Of a stretch of 64,000 bases of DNA, positions 11,680 through 23,873 are shown piece after piece. The notes under the pieces were generated by a model. The model searched no databases. It was not told where the DNA came from and was given only the letters and a program-made list of their open reading frames with translations. Source of the DNA: Rhodosorus marinus CCMP1338 (taxonomy: Eukaryota; Plantae; Rhodophyta); contig JAMWBK010000002.1 in the NCBI GenBank assembly GCA_029953675.1, positions 496,001 to 560,000 on the forward strand. Reading direction: 5' to 3'. Position numbers and translations under genes: made by a program. Position 1 is the first letter of the stretch; each line of letters opens with the position of its first letter.

Positions 11680-13031
11680 ATGATTGGGTTCGTGGTAGGT
11701 GGGATTAGGAGCGGACGCGGTGTGAGGTCTGAATTGAATGAAGGAAGGGCATTCTTTGGTGTTAGGACTGGGTCTGGAATGGAGGCCAGGCGGTGTGGAA
11801 GGGCTCAGTTGACGATGGTAACAGCTGGTGGATTGAGCAAGGTGGTTGTAGCTGGCGGATCTGGTTTCTTGGGGAAGTATATTACCAGGCAGCTCGTGAA
11901 TGACGGGTGTGATGAAGTGGTCGTATTGTCAAGGAGCGGAAAGAGCTCTGAAGTTAAGGCGGTGACATCTGAGGCTTGGGATCCGAAGGACCTCACTGGT
12001 TCTTGGGTCAGCGTTTTGAACGGTGCCGATGCTGTGATTAATCTCTGCGGAGAGTTGATCATCCAGCCATGGACAGCTGCAGCAAAAGAAAAAATTACGA
12101 AGAGCCGATTGGAATCAACCCGTTCGCTTGTCCAAGCCATGTCCCAAATCGACGTAGTCGAGGTAAGCGGTTACGCACAGCTTGCTGAGCATGAGTGACC
12201 GAGATGGGCGTCAACTTGCTAATCAGTTATTGCGCTTTCGCTCGCGGTCAAGAATCGGCCGAGGGTCTTCGTCTCTGCATCAGCTGTTGGTTTCTATGGA
12301 ATTAGTGATACGGAAGAATTCTCCGAATCATCCCCCGCCGGAAAGGACTTTCTTGCCGACCTCTGCGTGAAGTGGGAAGCTGAAGCCCAAAAGGCCAATG
12401 AGCTCGCAATTCGAACCGTCATTATGAGAAACGGTATCATTCTTGGTAGAGGGGGCGGTGCACTTGGTGTAATGCTGCCAGTTTTCAGTTTTGCATTGGG
12501 AGGAACTCTCGGAGCCGGATCACAGTGGGTTTCATGGGTAACAGCAACAGACGCAGCAGCTGCGTATGTCAACGCAGCAGAATCTTCAGCGGTGAGTCAT
12601 CGGTGTTCACACAGCGTCGGTCCGCGTCGTGCGAAGTCCTAATCAGGCTTCCTCGCATTTGTAGATGGTTGGTGCGTACAACTTGACTGCACCACAACCG
12701 TGCTCATCAAAGCAGATGTCGGATTCTCTAGCCGCTGCGCTCGGTAGACCGGCGCTCTTCCCTGCTCCCGCTTTCGCTATAAAGGCAGTGCTTGGTGAAG
12801 GAAGCACTGCTCTCCTGGACGGGCAGAAGGTAAAGATCAGCCGCAATTTCGCATCCGCTTGATGTGCGGCAAATTTCCAACTCTCCAGCTTGAGAATGTC
12901 CAACCCTTTGTTCATGCGACCACCTCTCCTATGGTTGATTCTAGGTGCTCCCAGACCGGCTCTTAGCCGATGGGTTTGAATTCACTTCGACCAACATTGC
13001 CGATGCTATGAAAACCATTGTCAAAGCATAG
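11680..13031 (+). CDS. TIGR01777-family NAD-dependent epimerase (SulA-like/GC1/SDR39U1) with plastid transit peptide; 4 exons
   Basis: VVVAGGSGFLG Rossmann motif, AVINLCGE, SRLESTRSLV, RPRVFVSASAVGFYG, FLADLCVKWE, GGTLGAGSQWVSWV and GAYNLTAP. Confidence 0.92.
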
Positions 13032-13300
13032 GAACGTGATTTAAAGGGATAGACAACCTTGGGCCAGTTGAAGATCCCCCCCTTTTGGTACGCATTCCGC
13101 GGGCGGGTTGCTTTTCTTTTTGTCCCACTCGAATGGGAAACCGCGAAGCATGGTTGCGTTGTTCGCTTTTGTTTTGAATGGAACTAAACACTCAAGTTTC
13201 GGAGAAATCGCGGAGGGTGAGCAGCATCTACCCATGGCGAGATGTAATATACTTCTTTTTAATGTCGCAGCCCTGTAGCCGCTACTAAGGGAGGCTTCCC

Positions 13301-15553
13301 TCAGAGCCTCTCTCTCCAGTTACGCCATTGAGTTGAGTTGACTGCGATTGTGCACTTGTCCCGATTTTCGTCAAAAGGAATCTGCAACTTGGCCAATCCG
13401 TCGCACAAAAATCTCCGTTTCGCCAACAAGTGAGAAGAGTTTACGTCTGAATGGTTCACGGCATATTCAATAAGCAGATTTGCAGGCGTCTCGTTGAAAA
13501 GGAGCCATCTTCCATGTGACACAGTTAGTTTCAGTTCACATTTGCTCAGGTCAGCAGGCGATTTTAAAAACCGGACCGGCCGCGGGCGATCGCACATACC
13601 TTAAAGCCACACGCGCAAGACCGATTGGCAGCGGACCAGCTTTCAAAAGTACTGAATTCGCGGAGTCATTGAGACTTTGGTTTCTGACGAACGGGTCCAG
13701 AACCTTCTTGTCGATCGCGCTGTGGAACCACTCCATAGCGTAGATGTTGCCAGGGCCGCTGGACATCGCATATCCAGAGATTACCTCTGTCAGCGCAGAT
13801 CGTGTTGTTCCGACTGTTTTTTCCATCGCAAGCAGTTCCTTTTGCGCCTGCGCAAGGTGGGATTTCAGCTAAAGGCTTCTGCAAGAAGTCCACTGATTCG
13901 TTCTATTGCACACTGTGTACCTCTTCCAATTGCCCGCATTTGACGAGCGCTCTGATTGCCGCGTTGAATCCGACTTTCACAGGCCGCCGACCATACGCTC
14001 TCATCTCGTTCCATGTTTGCAGTGCTTCGCGGCTATTTCCGCTTGAAACCTGGGCGTGAAGAAGCATCGAATAAGAGAGCCCACTAGGCCGCTGTTCTGC
14101 TTGAGCCATTTTTCGCATAACACGCAGCGCCTTCTCTACGTCGCCAGTCCTGCTGAAACTAGGAGACGGACCAGCGCAGATCATCTGAGCACAGAGCAGC
14201 AAGAAGTTGGCGCACGTAGTTGGTCTCACCCTCGGACGAGTGCATCATGCAGACCCGTGTCGATCTTTTCCCCTGCTCCGATCATCTCTTCAACCTTGGC
14301 CTCTGCTTCACTCATTTTTCCACGTTGACAAAGTCCAACCACCATCAAAGTTTCGAGTCGGCCATGTGGCACCCCTGCTTTCCGCGCTTCTTCTAGGAGC
14401 GTTCTTATGTGGGGAACCTGGTGAGGAGACGTCCACGGTGAGGCGCTAGGAGTGATGTGCTCTTGCCAAAGCCTATCACTACCGTTCGGCTCACCTTTCC
14501 AGCATGCGCAAGGGTCTTGAGGACAAGACCATAACTGTCCGCATCTGGTTCTGGCAGTTCCGGATTGCTTTTCAATCTTTCAAGGAGACCATACCCTGCT
14601 CCAGCCTTTTGTTCCCGCATGTACTGCTTCAAGAGGATGTTATATTGCCCAATTCTGAGAAATTCTCGATGCTTGTACTCTAACGAACGAAGCAGCTTGT
14701 CCGCTACTTGCGATTCTCCTGTCACCGAGTATTTGTCGATGAGAGACTTCACGTAAGAAGCCATGCCCTTTCGCTCGCGTGATATCTGATGAACATGCGC
14801 TTTTCTGCGTGAGTTGGGCGTGCCTTTAGCAGGGCAACAAAACCTTTCAAGAAGACAAGCTCACTTTTGAGAACACTCTGGCGCAATCCTTTTCTGTTCC
14901 AACCGCAGCATACCCTCTGAGCAGCTGGTGGAGGATTGCCGCTGCCGGCCGCGGTTGATTCCAGGTAACTTCCTTCTCGTACACTCGCAGATCGACTGCC
15001 AGTTTCGCCTTGGATGCTTCTTTGATCATAGATTCATAGATTTTGGTATTGGCTCCGAGACCGTTTTCTTTCATTTCTGTAAGCACATCCTTGGCAGCAG
15101 CGTACTGATCGACCTGGCCCGCGAAGACGACAACGGATGGGGATAAGCACTAGAAAGGGCATTGCAATGTTCCGGAGTTCCGAGGTCGCTGGCAATAAAC
15201 AGACTCACAGAGAGATAAGAAGTGATCATGGTGTTGTACACAGACTCTGTCATGTGTATTCCACGTGTTTTCATTTCGTCTCGGATTCCAACAACATCCG
15301 CGACTCGCTTCTCATGAATTCCGCGCCAGAGCATTGCCGTGTACAGGAAGACCGCGTATCGAGAACCCCGCGGCAGCTCTTCAAGTGATATGCGAGCATT
15401 TTCCACTGAGTATGTAGAGAAAAAGCGATCCAATTCGAGTTGTTTCAGGGTACCCGCATCCAGCTGCTCCCTAATCGTGTTCCAGATTGAATCCGCACTT
15501 GTGAGCTTTCGAACGGCTCCACTGTTCACCCGTGGGCTTAGTACCTGTGCCAT
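13301..15553 (-). CDS. Pentatricopeptide-repeat (PPR) protein with degenerate SMR-like C-terminal domain; multi-exon, 5' end may extend further
   Basis: Repeated PPR-like 35-aa motifs (VYNTMITSY, IYESMIKEA, QYNILLKQY, SYGLVLKTLAHAG, SYSMLLHAQVSSG, GFNAAIRALVKCG). The C-terminus resembles an SMR domain (AGPLPIGLARVALR, KLTVSHGR, LAKLQIPF, WRNW). Confidence 0.85.
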
Positions 15554-16538
15554 GAAAGCTGCCTGATTGACCTCCTAATTAATCAGATGGTCCAAATGCC
15601 GGCTATCTCTACACAAGTAGAAGCCCTCCGCTTATAGCCAAATGTCCTACACCGGCCTTGGAGTCCGTGTTCCACAGATTATCTTCCGACGCCCGTGGCC
15701 ATAGCCATGGCCAGTGGAACTCACATGAAGCCTCAAACTGTGAGTCAGACTAGTTCACCGTAGATATCCAAAACTCATTTTCTTACCCTCAGCAACAAGC
15801 TCCGTCCTCGCAACAAGAGTGGTTCGATTTGCTGATAAGCTACATCGCCGAGATCAAAACTGTCCCATTCGATTGGGACATAGACATCCGGGACACAGGA
15901 AAAGAACCTTCAAGATAGCTTCTACAAATACATATCAATCAGTTTAATTGGATAATACTACGCTAATTATCCAATGATATATCTTAACTACGTTATAGTG
16001 GCTTACCAAATTGTGAATGCTCAATAAAGTAACTAAATATGATACGAAGATAACCAATGAAAACAGGAATAACTTGCTTCTATATTTCTATTTTGCTGCT
16101 GATCGAATGATTTTCTATTTTGATGACTCGCTGACCACTCAGTGCGACCCGTGATAGGGGTATTGGTGAAAAACAATATCTAAAGGATAAATTCTAAAGT
16201 TGAGGAATAAAAAGAAAAAAAAAACAAAATCGAAAATGGCGGAACACATCGGTTTCGAATGTGCAACTCTGGTGTCAGTGGCCGTTTGGACTACATCAGT
16301 TTTGGCCGAGCTGGGGATATCCTTTTCAGTGTTCGCTTTACCCAGCCGGCGCACATGGACTTGTGCTGTTCAGGTTGGCCAGTTTGAGATGGTTAGGGAA
16401 GGGAAGGGTTGGGGAGGAAGACGGGAGTGATTAACTTAGGCTGATGACTATATCTTCATCTGTCTGATTGATTATAGCGATAGATCTTTCTTGGTTTTTT
16501 TTTATGTGGCAGTCTGTTGGCAGTTGGCGGTGTGAGAG

Positions 16539-18188
16539 ATGATTGAGTACGACGTGATTGTTGTTGGTGCGGGAGTTGCCGGAGCGTCACTAGCGACGGT
16601 TTTAGGAAGAGATGGAAGAAAAGTTTTGTGTATAGAAAGGAGTCTGAAAGAGCCCGAGAGAATTGTTGGAGAGCTCTTGCAGCCTGGTGGCTACGATGCG
16701 TTAAAGCAACTCGGCCTGGAGAAGGCTGTGGAAGGAATTGATGCTCAGAATGTGTATGGATACGGGATCTTTATGGACGGAAAAAGCTTGGAGATTAATT
16801 ATTGTGAAGACGTTGGGGAAGACAAAGTCCCTAGCACTGGTAGGTCTTTTCACAATGGGAGGTTCCTTAGGAGATTGAGAGAGCTCGCCGCCGAGGAGGA
16901 GAGCGTGACTCTTATTGAGGGGAACGTGAAGTATTTGAACGACGATGATGGCCATGTCAAGGGTGTAACCTATTCTGATGGTAGCGGTGCTGACACGGAG
17001 GTAGGTTGCGGTGGGCTTCCGGCGAATTCTTCGGCAAGCCTGGTTTGCTAATGGCCGGGTATTCTTTTTTTCCCGTAGGCCTTCGCCAAGTTGACCGTTG
17101 CTTGTGATGGATGCTTCTCAAGATTGCGAAGAATGGTGAATCCCGCAGCTGAGTATGAAGTCATGTCTCAATTCTATGGTCTTATTTTGAGAGACCTATC
17201 TCTGCCTTTCCCCGAGCACGGTCATGTAGTACTCTTGGATCCTGCCCCGTCACTTTTCTACCCCATTTCCTCGAGCGAAGTACGATGCCTAGTGGACGTC
17301 CCAGCGGAGGTCTCTCGGGCACCCAACTTTGACGTGAAGAAGCACATGATAGAAAAGCTTGCTCCCCAGCTTCCCGAAGAACTCACCGCATCCTTCGTCG
17401 CAGCTGTAGAAAGAGGAGATATGAAGAGCATGCCAAACAGAGCAATGCCAGCCATTCCCGTGGGCCTAACTGGGGCTATTCTTCTGGGTGAGCACAACTG
17501 AAGATGCAGCACCATCCACCCTGCTATCGCTGAAACTTGGAGTGCGTGCTCCTATCTTGAACAGGGGATTCGTTCAATATGCGACACCCCCTTACTGGTG
17601 GAGGGATGACGGTCGCACTTAGTGACGTTAACCACTTCAGAAACTTCCTCAGGACTGTGGATGACTTATCGGACGTCGAGCTGGTTTCCTCGTTGCAAGC
17701 GTACTTGCTTGCCGAGAGGCAATCTCTCTCCTCAACCATCAACATACTTGCAAACGCACTGTATTCGTTGTTCTGTGCAAACGACGACCCGGCATTGAAA
17801 GACATGAAGATCGCCTGTTTTGACTACCTCTCGAAGCCAGGTCGTTGGTCTTCTGATCCAATCTCGATGCTCGGTGGACTGACAGGTCGGCCGTATCTGC
17901 TCCTCGCTCACTTTTTCGGAGTCGCTGTATATGCTTGCGGAAGGTAAGATCAGTTTCGTCAGCTACTGAGTTTGAACTCAACTCCGGAATTCCCCCATCC
18001 GATACCGCGGTGCTTGCTAACACCGTTTATCGACGTGTCGCCTCAGGATCTTGGTAGATTCACCCAGTCCCAATGGTGTATCTAGATGCTGGAGATTGTT
18101 CTGCAACGCTTTCAACATTGTGAAGCCACTAATTGATGCCGAAGGGGTGACGTTCGTCTCGAAAATACCGATCACTCAGCTCCGATGA
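16539..18188 (+). CDS. SQE1: Squalene epoxidase (squalene monooxygenase); 4 exons
   Basis: DVIVVGAGVAG FAD motif, EPERIVGELLQPGG, GRSFHNGRF, TVACDGCFS, LPFPEHGHVVL and GDSFNMRHPLTGGGMTVALSD. Last exon ends in TGA at 18186-18188. Confidence 0.96.
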
Positions 18189-18884
18189 ACGCCCCAAACC
18201 TTTGAACTCTTTAACTTGCAAATTTTGTGTGGTTACCTTCTCTCCTTCATCCGTCTCGGGAAGCCGTGACCTTTGTAATTTTAGTTGATGTACTTGGCCC
18301 CCGTTTGGTGCCACAGATACGAAGGGGCTGGAAGTTATGCTCCAACCTCTTTTGAGCTGTTGAAACGGTAGTTTAATCCTGAGCTATACAATCTGTTGAC
18401 GTACGATGTGTAAACCGATAGGAGCTTTCTCAGAGCTTGAAGGTTCCATGAAAACGGCGGCATATGTATCTACGGAGAATCCGTCACCGACTCCGAACAG
18501 CAGAGTGGGGACTGATCTTACACCACTCAGGTTCCGCACTATGCGTTAGCGGAGTAACGATCGTGATCAAAGATCAAACCTGCTCGATGAACAGCAAGCG
18601 GAACAGCACCCGGTACTGTCCCATCCAGATTACTCTCAGCACCATCGAGAACTCGCACCACCAGAATCCAGTGAACTGAGCCTGAAATGAATCAGAATCT
18701 AGTATCCCTCATACCAGAATCCTATAATTGCTGAAGTTCATATAGGAATCTGGTTCCAAAGTCTCGAAGAATTGGTGGAGAATGACATGGGCCGGGGTGA
18801 GCATCAGGCTCTTGTGGAGTTTCTCCTCTAGACAAGGACGTTCTAGTACTTCTTCAAGAACTTCATTAATTCATTTGCTATATC

Positions 18885-19945
18885 ATGTCAAGGCCTGGCT
18901 TTGTGACCAGCGCCAGACTCGGCAGTTGGCATGGGTGTCGGAGGCGGTTTGCATCGTACGCGACAAGCAACTCGATGGACGACGTTCTGAGGAGGCTGTG
19001 CGATGCAAAGTTGTTGCTGTGCGTGAGGAGGCCAGATGTAAGCCTGGAAAATTTACATAAGGCTATTCTGGCTGCCATCTCTGGAGGAGTCAAGGCTATT
19101 GAAGTTACTATGGATACGCCGAACGCGACAACAATCGTGGAGAGGCTACGCGCAGAGACCGGGGTTTTGGTCGGGACGGGTACGGTCATGTCTGAAAATC
19201 AAGTACGTGAGCCAACTCATGCCATCGCGAAGCGTTTGGCCCATGGCCGCGTCGAAAAAAGCACTCGCTTAATTATACGTTGGAGAAATCACAGGTCAAC
19301 ATGTGCGAGCAAGCTCGAGCGCACTTCGTGATGAGCCCCATAACAGACACGGGACTAATTAAATATTGTAACAATAAGAGCATGCTCATGATCCCTGGAG
19401 CGATGACGCCAACTGAAGTCCACAGAGCTTACCACCAAGCCGGTGCTCGAGCGGTGAAAGTCTTTCCGTTCAATGCCTGCGGTATGGCCCCGCGTACAAC
19501 GATTCTTCTGACTCTTCTTCCAACTTCCGATCCTGAACCCAAAACCTTCACCCAATGTTTTCTGTGGACCAGGAGGGACCAAGTTTGTTGCTGCGATCCA
19601 GGGTCCGTTCCCAGACATACCGCTCCTGCCAGCAAGCGGGGTAGACTTTGAATCTTTCAAGGAGTAAGAACTCACTTCAGCTTAACCTCGCCTCAAGCTC
19701 TTAGAAAGTGTTCTCAAAACGACCTGCCCATTCGACGCTTTCACTCTAGGCTCGTACAGCAATCAAACGTTCTGGCAATTGGCGTTTCTAAACAGATCCT
19801 AAGTCTTGAAGCGTTGAGAGACAGCGACTGGGGCAGCATCGAACGTGAAGCTTCCCTGTGGGTCAAACAAGCCAATTCGGCAGGGACCCCTCGTTCACAA
19901 CTGCCGGATGATCAGAACCGCTCTCTTGAGAACCCCGCCGTTTAA
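18885..19945 (+). CDS. eda: KDPG/KHG aldolase (Entner-Doudoroff aldolase) with organellar targeting extension; 4 exons
   Basis: GGVKAIEVTMDTP, LVGTGTV, AHFVMSP, MIPGAMTPTEV, VKVFP (Schiff-base Lys) and GPFPDIPLLPASGV. Spliced frame ends in TAA at 19943-19945. Confidence 0.92.
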
Positions 19946-20655
19946 CAGTACTATTCATATGACAAGTCAGGTATAAACTAGAGATGCACTCAACGATTGT
20001 CAGATTCTGGTGGTCAAAACTGTCACAATTACAATCGCCGCGTCGGGAGGATCGACTAGAGGTATGGATGAAATCCTGGAGGTATTGTCGCATCGCAGAA
20101 TCCAGGTCATAGGAAAGTGTAGAGCTAGCTCTAGACTCCTCGCAGTCTGAAAATTCACTACATTCTTTATATCTTTGGGAAGCCGATTGCACAAAAAAAA
20201 AAGGTAGAACACACACATGCACACACATACGTAGCGAAAGAAGAGCTTCGAGGTGTACGCCCCTTCCTTTCTCTCCAACATAGTACAAACTGTACTGTTG
20301 GGGAGTTCTGCTTTCGAGCAACAGCTTCTACAATGCCTGTGCAGGAGATAAAATAAATCACAAGTCGCTCTAAGAAGTGAGCGACGGGCAGTGAATGATC
20401 ATAATCTGTATCCACATTCGGGAGGACACTAGAGTTGAGGACACGAATGCTTTAACTTCCTCGTATTCATATATCTTCCACGAAAGCGCTGCTGAAACCC
20501 CAGCAGCAATAATAACACTTCCTCCGCCAATTGACCCGTAACGCGCAAAGCAAATCGTTTGCTCTCCCGGGACAATGGCATTCGAGTGACATCATGCTTC
20601 CATCGGTGAGGGAGTGGTATTGACTATGTCCAGCTTTTAAAAGTGAGTTGTTAGG

Positions 20656-21810
20656 TTAATCTGTACCACGCTCCCTCCGACGTTCTGTCACTTCCTCCAA
20701 TTCAATCACTGCATCGGTTAGATTCTCAGTTTCGCTTTTCTCCTTTGCGCCGTTTAGCAATTGGGAACCCTTAGGTTTGATATCAGGGCCCTTAACTCTC
20801 GGCTGATTCGACCCTGCGCCCCTCATCGAGGCAACCGTGCTTTTAGCCACCAAAGCGCCAAACACAATGCAGCACGCGACAACTTGGTTCTGGGAAATGC
20901 TCGTCCCAAAGATCAATGAGGATCCAACTACTGAACAAATTTGCTGCACCGTCATCACCGTCGCAAAGAAAACTGCTCCATAGTTCTTGATAGACGCGGT
21001 TATGAAAAACTGTCCGCTAACTGCTCCGAGCGCGAGGAGGAATACGTCCAATCGGATAGCCTCATGAGTGAGCAGAAACCTGAACGCGCTCAAAAGCGTA
21101 CCATCGTACAGGAGGACGAGTACACCGATTGTCCCCGAACAGAAATTGACGTAGAGCATCTGGTTGTGGGTGCTTAAATCGTAACCCACGAAAAGGCTCT
21201 CCTGAAACGCCGTCATGAACGAATCCGAACCAATGTTTATCCCCATAAGCGCAATTCCGATCCAGTTGTCCTCCACATTCGAAATTCTGGACGTAATATT
21301 GCCGGCCTTCATAAACGACAAACACCCCAAACCAACACACATCGCAGCCGCATAGTCAACCAACGTGTACCGCTTTCGCGTTAAAAGCGTCGACATTATC
21401 ATGACGGGAATGAGCTTCGCACACTTGAATAGCATCTGCGTGGGAAACGTAATCCACTTAAGAGCTTCGTACTGAGAAGTGGTAGCCAGTAAATTAGATA
21501 TTGAAATAAGGTAGAACTTATAAATAGGCGCTCCCGGCTTCAGCTCTGAATATGCCCTGCGGCACAAAATCGCAGTCACTGCAGCAATTGACGCAAATAT
21601 CCTATTCAACAGCACCAAAAACAGCGAGTTGTTGAAGAAAACCTCATCCTCCTCATCCTCATCGCCGTCTCCCTCATACGGCTTGGTCATGATCCTCTCC
21701 TGCATGAAGTTGTAGACCATCAACGACCCTATCAAACAGACTGCGTACGTGACCATCCACGCGTCCCTCCTTAGCGAATTCGAGTTCAGCATCTTCTGAA
21801 GACGCGTCAT
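20656..21810 (-). CDS. UAA/SLC35B-family nucleotide-sugar or PAPS transporter; intronless
   Basis: Single ORF from ATG 21810 with multiple TM segments. QERIMTKPY, FLVLLNRI, SQYEALKWITFPTQMLFKCAKLIPVM, SDSFMTAFQESLF and GQFFI...YGAVFFATVMT. Confidence 0.92.
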   Translation of the reverse strand: MTRLQKMLNSNSLRRDAWMVTYAVCLIGSLMVYNFMQERIMTKPYEGDGDEDEEDEVFFNNSLFLVLLNRIFASIAAVTAILCRRAYSELKPGAPIYKFYLISISNLLATTSQYEALKWITFPTQMLFKCAKLIPVMIMSTLLTRKRYTLVDYAAAMCVGLGCLSFMKAGNITSRISNVEDNWIGIALMGINIGSDSFMTAFQESLFVGYDLSTHNQMLYVNFCSGTIGVLVLLYDGTLLSAFRFLLTHEAIRLDVFLLALGAVSGQFFITASIKNYGAVFFATVMTVQQICSVVGSSLIFGTSISQNQVVACCIVFGALVAKSTVASMRGAGSNQPRVKGPDIKPKGSQLLNGAKEKSETENLTDAVIELEEVTERRRERGTD

Positions 21811-23873
21811 AATCCCCTCCAAAATCCCAAGGCTATCCCAACACGGGTAGTTCAGCCTTAATATACCAAACCACCCAAACGCACTTCAAACACCTCACAA
21901 CCATGCATACCTTTCTCCCCTTCAGACAGAAGCCCTGTCAAGGACCTAGCAGCAACCCCATTTCAAAGTCAGCTTGTACATCAAACCAGAGCCCACCAAA
22001 AAAAACCAAAACCAACCCGTCCCTGCTAAAAAAACTTCTCCCTACACCCAAGCAAGCCCTCCAAAACCAAAAAACGCACCAGACACAACCTAGCGCCTAA
22101 CAACCTACAAACTCTCCTCCACTAACTTCAAAACAAACCTCTCCCAGACACAAAAACCTACCAGACCTACAACTAACAAATCAAGTTAAAAAGCAGTAGA
22201 GAACTCCACTTCAAAATTCACTACTGCCAGCAGCATAAAACTCTCACACCCACCCATCCACCCCCATCCACCCCACCCCCGCTCGCTCGCCCTTACCTAC
22301 TCAAAAAAAAACATCCCGTCCGCTTCTCCAATTCCTTCCAACCCACACAAACTCCCCAGCTACCTTCCCTCCGCCACTTCAGTTAAGAGTCCACTTTATA
22401 AATCCTCTTCAAGCTCATCAAAACCACCTGTCAGCGAACCCACGCAAGCCCCCCACCCCCGCCAACCAATCGAGAAAACAAAATAGCAGACTTGTTGGCC
22501 CTAATAGTAAACAAAAAAAACTCTACAATCCATTCTCTAACCCTCATTCTTCCCCCCTTATTGAATCACATTAGCATCAAAAATAAAACGAAAAACACCT
22601 ATTCTACAAATTTTGATGTGTAATTCCCTCCCCTTAGACAACTTCTTACGGGACACATCTGCAAAACGTGTCAAGCGTTTAACCCCCCCCCCCCCCCTCC
22701 TCCTTCCCAGTCCAAATTCCTACTTCTTTTGCTAGGGCTAATCTGACCTTCAATAAATTTATAAAACAAACCGTAAATGTTTGTACCTGTTCATCAATCA
22801 TGATGTGAAAGGAACAGCGCATCCCCCCTCGCCTTTCCCTTCCTCCTCAAAATCAGCCGAAAAAGGAATAGAGAAGGGAGGTGGTGATGGGGGGAGGGAG
22901 AGCGGCACTGGCCACACAGAAAAGGACACTCAGCGAAAGAACAATAAGGGGTTGAATAGTGTTTAAACAATAGGAGAATCAATCCAAAATAATTTGCTAT
23001 TAAATACAATGAAAGTGAAACCCGAAATTTGGATGAGTGGAGACGGGGGGTGGGAAGTTCTAAGGCAGAAGTGACTAAGCAGTCCTTTCCTCAACCGTTA
23101 CTTATCTTCAATCAGTTTTATATTGATTGAACAGTTCATTGGCGATGGTATTTTCGGCTTGTCCTGATGGTTTCGGGCTCCGTAAAGATTCTACTGTTAA
23201 AGGTGTGTTCGTAGGTTTGTACGGATAGTATTTGCATAGTGCACGATACTATTCTTTTTTGCCTGGGGACTTGTAGGTTTGGCTCGAGATCAGTTCGGTG
23301 GGGAAGATCGGTGGTGGGAAGAGGAGAGCTATTAAGGGCAGTTTCACAAAAGTTTTGTTTCTTTGGTAGGATTGTATAGTTTTTTATGAATCAAACGCTG
23401 CGATATTCTTTTCTTTCCGTGTGCGTGGAAGCCACAGGAAGGAGTTCAGAGGTTACTGAATGTCTTTACACGCTAGTCCCTCCCATTCAGCGTAAAATGG
23501 TAGGCATATGGGTCCTTGTGGATTTGCTGCGCTGGATGGCGAGGAATATCTTGATGCTTGGTCTCTTGGAAATATTTTCATCCACCAAAAAATTGCGATA
23601 GTCTGAGCGCCCACGTCAAAGTGCTGTTTGAAGTCCTAAATTGGCCAGGCATTCCTCTGTTTTTGTTGCCGCCCATGCAGGAATCGAACGTATCCCGGTT
23701 CTCCGGGCTTTTCTGCTAGTCGTGTTTGTTCTGATCTCACACTCACAAAACTCGGAGGTAGGGGTATAAGAAGCTTTTTACAAAAAAAGGACGTACCGAG
23801 TTCCAACACCTTGCCAGTTACTTCAGAGAGTGATATGCACGTCCTACTGACCAGCAATGGGGATGGTGGCTCC

